Assembly (NCBI GenBank): GCA_964496765.1
Contig: CAZCAP010000008.1
Location: 1,646-33,645 of the forward strand
DNA length: 32,000 bases
Direction of reading: 5' to 3'
From: an uncultured archaeon
GTDB taxonomy: Archaea; Iainarchaeota; Iainarchaeia; Iainarchaeales; CSSED10-239
How positions within the stretch are numbered: the stretch's first letter is position 1; each line of letters opens with the position of its first letter. The notes beneath the pieces were generated by a model. The model made no database searches. It was not told the origin of the DNA and saw only the letters and a list, made by a program, of their open reading frames with translations. This document shows positions 28,179-32,000 of the stretch, one piece after another. The position numbers were made by a program, and so were the translations under genes.

Positions 28179-28592
28179 ATGCATAAAGTAAAGGGTCAGG
28201 TTTCACTCGAATACATTCTAATAGTTGGAGCAGTCGTTTCTCTTCTTTTAATAATTGTAACTAGCTCTAGTATGCTCTATAAAAAGAACATTTCTGCAAT
28301 CGATGACAGAGAGTTGATTAAAACTGGAGCTGAATTGCAAAATATCTTGGACACTCTAGAGCTAATGCCCACAGGAACAGAAAAGATTATTGTAATTCCT
28401 GAATGGACTTGGACAATAGAGTATAAGGATTATTTAAAGAAAACAATAATTTTATCAAATGGAAACAAAGAAAAACCTATTTCATCCATATCTGATATAT
28501 ATCTTGAGAAAAAAAGTATTTCAGAGAAATCAGAAATAATTATTAATAAGATTGATAATAAGATATATATCAATATTGAAAAGGTAAAATGA
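28179..28592 (+). CDS. Class III signal peptide-containing pilin-like protein
   Basis: MHKVKGQVSLEYILIVGAVVSLLLIIVT: KGQVSLEY is a canonical class III signal; start chosen at ATG 28179, 1 nt after the upstream stop. Confidence 0.87.
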   Translation: MHKVKGQVSLEYILIVGAVVSLLLIIVTSSSMLYKKNISAIDDRELIKTGAELQNILDTLELMPTGTEKIIVIPEWTWTIEYKDYLKKTIILSNGNKEKPISSISDIYLEKKSISEKSEIIINKIDNKIYINIEKVK

Positions 28593-28593
28593 A

Positions 28594-29109
28594 ATGGATA
28601 TTAATTTAACATTATCTCGTGTTTTCTTTCCTGGAATAATTCTGCATGAACTAAGCCATGCAATTGCCTGTGTGGCTCTGGGTGTGAAGATAAAGAAAAT
28701 CAAATGGATAAGCAAAGAAGGCGGATTTGTTATTCATGAACATAATAAATCATATAAAACAATAATTATCTCTCTTATTCCTTTCTTTTTAAATATTGTT
28801 TATGCAATTGCCTGCGCTCTATTATTCACCATGGGAGTTGGACCTGTTCTAAAAGTGTTATTGCTTTGGATCGGGGGGAGTGCATTATTTTTTTGTTTAC
28901 CAAGCAAGGATGATGCAAAGAATGTTTTTGATTCTGTTAGGGAGAGCTATACAAAAAAGCAATCCCTTCTAAGATGGTTATACAAGATAATTTTAATTCC
29001 AATAACTCTAATTGTATTAATCCTTTCATGGTTATTTAGATTGCTAGATGAATCTTTATTTTTTAGATTACTTTTAATAATTGTTTGGATATATATATTT
29101 TTAATTTAA
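28594..29109 (+). CDS. Membrane HExxH metalloprotease-like protein
   Basis: FPGIILHELSHAIACVALGVKI with multiple transmembrane helices; immediately follows pilin-like genes. Confidence 0.7.
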   Translation: MDINLTLSRVFFPGIILHELSHAIACVALGVKIKKIKWISKEGGFVIHEHNKSYKTIIISLIPFFLNIVYAIACALLFTMGVGPVLKVLLLWIGGSALFFCLPSKDDAKNVFDSVRESYTKKQSLLRWLYKIILIPITLIVLILSWLFRLLDESLFFRLLLIIVWIYIFLI

Positions 29110-29300
29110 AGATGGTGATAGGAGAAGTTAGATAGGGAATATCTTGTTTGAATATCAAAATATAAATCATTAAATTCATTGATTTTCATCAAAAACAACA
29201 ATTTAAAAACCATTTTCTGCACTATATAATATACATTATAGGAAGTTTGTTAAGGTATATATATTTGATGTTACATATATATAATTAGGGGGTTAATATT

Positions 29301-30050
29301 ATGATTAGATTAAGTGTTAAGGATATTAAAGAATTTAATAAGAGCATAGATGCTATTGGTGTATTAATTAATGAAGGATTATTTGTTGTTGATAAAGAAA
29401 AAATATATTTAAGAGCAACAGATCCATCTCAAATTAGTTTAATTGATTTCGTAATGCCAAAAGATGCATTCGATGAATTTGTTGTTGATCTAGGTTCTGA
29501 ATTAAAAATTTCATTTGGAATAAATATTAATAATCTTTTACAAATATTATCTCATTCAAATGCTGATGATAAGCTTCTACTTGAGATCAAAGAAAATAAA
29601 TCAAATATATTAATTGAACTTGTTGGAAAATCAAGAAGAGCATTTACAATACCTTTAATTGATGTTTCTGATCAGGAACAACCTATACCCAAAATCCAAT
29701 CAGATGTTACTGTTCAAATAAATGGAGAACAACTTCTTTCTGGAATTAAGGATGCAACCTTATTTTCTTCACACATAACATTAAAGGCAGAAGATAATAA
29801 GTTCAGCATGGAAACACAAAGCAGTAAAGGTAAGTTCAAGCAGGACATAGATGCAGAATCAAAGAACGTAGTGATTTCTGGAAACAAGGCAAAAGCAATG
29901 TATCCACTTGATTATCTACAGAACATGATTAAGAATTCAAAGGGAATCATCACAATTAAGCTTAAAGATGACATGCCACTTGAATTAAGTTATACCATAG
30001 GTAAGGCAGCAATAAGATACTTCCTTGCTCCAAGAGTAGATTCAGAATAA
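29301..30050 (+). CDS. pcn: DNA polymerase sliding clamp (PCNA)
   Basis: DKEKIYLRATDPSQISLIDFVMP, LEYTIG-like LSYTIGKAAIRYFLAPRVDSE; 249 aa. Confidence 0.95.
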   Translation: MIRLSVKDIKEFNKSIDAIGVLINEGLFVVDKEKIYLRATDPSQISLIDFVMPKDAFDEFVVDLGSELKISFGININNLLQILSHSNADDKLLLEIKENKSNILIELVGKSRRAFTIPLIDVSDQEQPIPKIQSDVTVQINGEQLLSGIKDATLFSSHITLKAEDNKFSMETQSSKGKFKQDIDAESKNVVISGNKAKAMYPLDYLQNMIKNSKGIITIKLKDDMPLELSYTIGKAAIRYFLAPRVDSE

Positions 30051-30075
30051 TGAATCAACTCTTTTTTTCTATTTT

Positions 30076-30591
30076 TTATTGAATTAGTTTTAGTTCTCTT
30101 AATCTCTTTCTGGTTTTTTCATTTTCTAATTCAAGAGTAAATGAAGGAACAGCAAACAACACATCAGATGCTTCTTTTCTATGAAGATGTTTAACTTTAC
30201 CATCTAGTGTTATAATTTCAAACTCAGGAATTAATGGGCTATACTCTTTATAGCTAATTATTTGTTTAATACCTTTTTCCTTAAGAAATTGATAGAATAA
30301 ATCAAGTTGACCTTTATGGTATCTAACATTATAGTGATCTGCAATCCCAGGGTGCATAGCCAGGATCCAACAAGACAAATCTAATTGACTTCTGGGGTTA
30401 TCTTTATAGACTTTAGTAACAATTTTATCAAAGCTTCTTTTAATATCACGAAGATCTTTCAAAGAACGTACATTCCTTGCTTTTAGTTTAAATGCGTAAA
30501 AAGAATTACCATACTTATATGTTTTTATACTATGTTTTGGTTTTAAAATAGGTTTTAAATTTTTAATAACTTTATTTATTTTTTTAAGCAT
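30076..30591 (-). CDS. Hypothetical protein
   Basis: 171-aa ORF convergent with pcn and followed upstream by orc1; family not recognised. Confidence 0.6.
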   Translation of the reverse strand: MLKKINKVIKNLKPILKPKHSIKTYKYGNSFYAFKLKARNVRSLKDLRDIKRSFDKIVTKVYKDNPRSQLDLSCWILAMHPGIADHYNVRYHKGQLDLFYQFLKEKGIKQIISYKEYSPLIPEFEIITLDGKVKHLHRKEASDVLFAVPSFTLELENEKTRKRLRELKLIQ

Positions 30592-30594
30592 AAT

Positions 30595-31689
30595 TTAATC
30601 TCTTTTCTTTAGTAACTCAGGATCAACCCTTAAACTAATTCTTCTCTTTTCTCCTTTACCAATCCTATAGGACTCTATCTTTATTAATTCCAGTTTTTCA
30701 AGATTTTCAATGTACCTTCTAATTGTTCTTTCTGATAACTTAAATTTAGAATAAAGAGTAGATACATCTATGCCATCCTCAATTGAAAGAAGAACATCAT
30801 ACTCCTCAGGAAGAAGATACCTTATCTTCTCTGAAAGCTTAACAGAATCAACAAGCCTTGCAGATGATAAAAGAATTTCTTTTGTGATTTCTGGTTGTCC
30901 TTGTTTTTCTGTATTCTTTCCTGCCTTGTAAAGTAGATCAATTGCAATCCTTGCATCTCCACCTCTCCCTGCAGAAAAGCCAGCCACGTAACCCACTAAA
31001 TCTTCTGAAATAGAACCAGGAACCAAACCAAATTCTATTCTTTCCTTTAGAATTAACTTAATATCCTGTGGTTTATATTTTGGGAATTCAAGATCTGATA
31101 AAAAAAGAGTGCTTTGGGTTCTCTTATCCAACTCCAGGACACAGGATTTATAATTTGTAACAAGTATGATTGTAAAATATTTTTTTCCAGAATTAAATCT
31201 TGATAAATCATATAAAAGCTTAGAAGTTTCCTCTGCGTTCATCTTATCTATCTCATCTAAAATAATAATTGGAGATGAATCAGACTTGGAAAAGAGTTCC
31301 TGTGCTCTGGATAAAATTTCATCAATTGCAAGTCCACGTCTAGGAAGAATTCCTCCAAGAAAAGAAACAATTTTTGAAAGAACAGCAACCCTTGTATTCT
31401 CTTTAATTACATTTATATAAACAAATTTTGCTTTTGCACTATACTCACATAGTTCTTTTAATACAAAATTAGTTGTTAATGTTTTTCCTGTACCTGGTGG
31501 GCCATAAATTAAAATATTATTTGCTTTTTTCTGTTGTAAAAGTGGTTTTAATAGATAGGTAAGTTCTTTTATTTGAGGTTCACGAGATGGAATGCTCATT
31601 GGGAAATAATCTGGATAAAATACAGACTCATCTTTAAAGATTGGTTTACCTTCAATATCATTTTTTTCAGAAAATATGTTTTTTTTCAT
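30595..31689 (-). CDS. cdc6: Orc1/Cdc6 origin-recognition AAA+ protein
   Basis: Walker A IYGPPGTGKTLT, Walker B IIILDEIDKM, winged-helix C-terminus; start chosen at MKKNIFSEK rather than MCNS (31701). Confidence 0.94.
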   Translation of the reverse strand: MKKNIFSEKNDIEGKPIFKDESVFYPDYFPMSIPSREPQIKELTYLLKPLLQQKKANNILIYGPPGTGKTLTTNFVLKELCEYSAKAKFVYINVIKENTRVAVLSKIVSFLGGILPRRGLAIDEILSRAQELFSKSDSSPIIILDEIDKMNAEETSKLLYDLSRFNSGKKYFTIILVTNYKSCVLELDKRTQSTLFLSDLEFPKYKPQDIKLILKERIEFGLVPGSISEDLVGYVAGFSAGRGGDARIAIDLLYKAGKNTEKQGQPEITKEILLSSARLVDSVKLSEKIRYLLPEEYDVLLSIEDGIDVSTLYSKFKLSERTIRRYIENLEKLELIKIESYRIGKGEKRRISLRVDPELLKKRD

Positions 31690-31800
31690 AGAATTACACA
31701 CAAAAGTCTACTCTGTTAATTTAATCAGGATAGTAACTAGATATTAGAGTGAATGAAAATGTATTTATATCTTTGTTTATTTCGGCATAATCTAGTGAAA

Positions 31801-31827
31801 TTTTGATTGGACACGTACCCCCCTCCC
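31801..31827 (-). promoter_or_regulatory. G-rich motif GGAGGGGGGTACGTGTCCAATCAAAAT upstream of orc1
   Basis: Minus-strand near-copy of 9728-9752, ~110 nt upstream of the chosen orc1 start and just upstream of a TATA-like gatataaataca. Confidence 0.5.
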
Positions 31828-31870
31828 ATAGGCATATAGGAAAGTAAATCCATATAATTAGAAGAATTAA

Positions 31871-32000
31871 TGGAGGAATCAAATATGATAATGAATAAAA
31901 TATATAGAAAGGAATTAGTAGATTTTACAACAAATACTCTTCTAAGAATGAAACACTCAATTCTTAAGAAAGCGGAAGACGAAAAACTATTATCAAAAAA
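31871..32000 (+). CDS. 5' end of an ORF running off the window (unidentified)
   Basis: ATG at 31871 (MEESNMIMNKIYRKELVDFTTNTLLRMKHSILKKAEDEKLLSK...) or in-frame ATG at 31886 preceded by GGAGG; open to the window end. Confidence 0.5.

Noticed and set aside
30076-30591. Possible ribosomal protein L10e/L16 identity
   Set aside because: Sequence does not align by eye with known archaeal L10e features; left as hypothetical
1-32000. CRISPR array, transposase or restriction-modification/toxin-antitoxin locus
   Set aside because: No regularly spaced direct repeats and no recognisable Cas, transposase, RM or TA genes seen

Overview
This is a gene-dense, AT-rich archaeal chromosome segment. It is probably from a DPANN-type or otherwise small-genome archaeon; that is my inference from gene content and short intergenic gaps. 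Supported contents: two class-II tRNA-Ser genes and one tRNA-Gly(CCC). Translation and RNA genes: CCA-adding enzyme, Dph2, aCPSF1/FttA beta-CASP nuclease, TruD, aRF1, aIF2-alpha. Proteostasis genes: proteasome beta, PAC2-family protein, FKBP-type PPIase. Replication and repair genes: Hel308, HerA, GINS, PriS, Rad50, PCNA, Orc1/Cdc6. There is also a small class-III-signal-peptide pilin pair next to a HELSH membrane protein, plus several lineage-specific hypotheticals. The most striking observation is a 506-aa LAGLIDADG intein in the aRF1 gene. It is inserted immediately after the catalytic GGQ tripeptide and carries an embedded XRE/Cro-like helix-turn-helix. Other items worth checking: a tRNA-Ser whose anticodon reads AGA (A34 is very unusual in Archaea), a ~25-nt G-rich motif shared between the Bro-N/hel308 divergent promoter region and the orc1 upstream region, and a ~540-nt gap with long inverted repeats that may encode an unannotated RNA. 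No CRISPR array, transposase or rRNA was seen.
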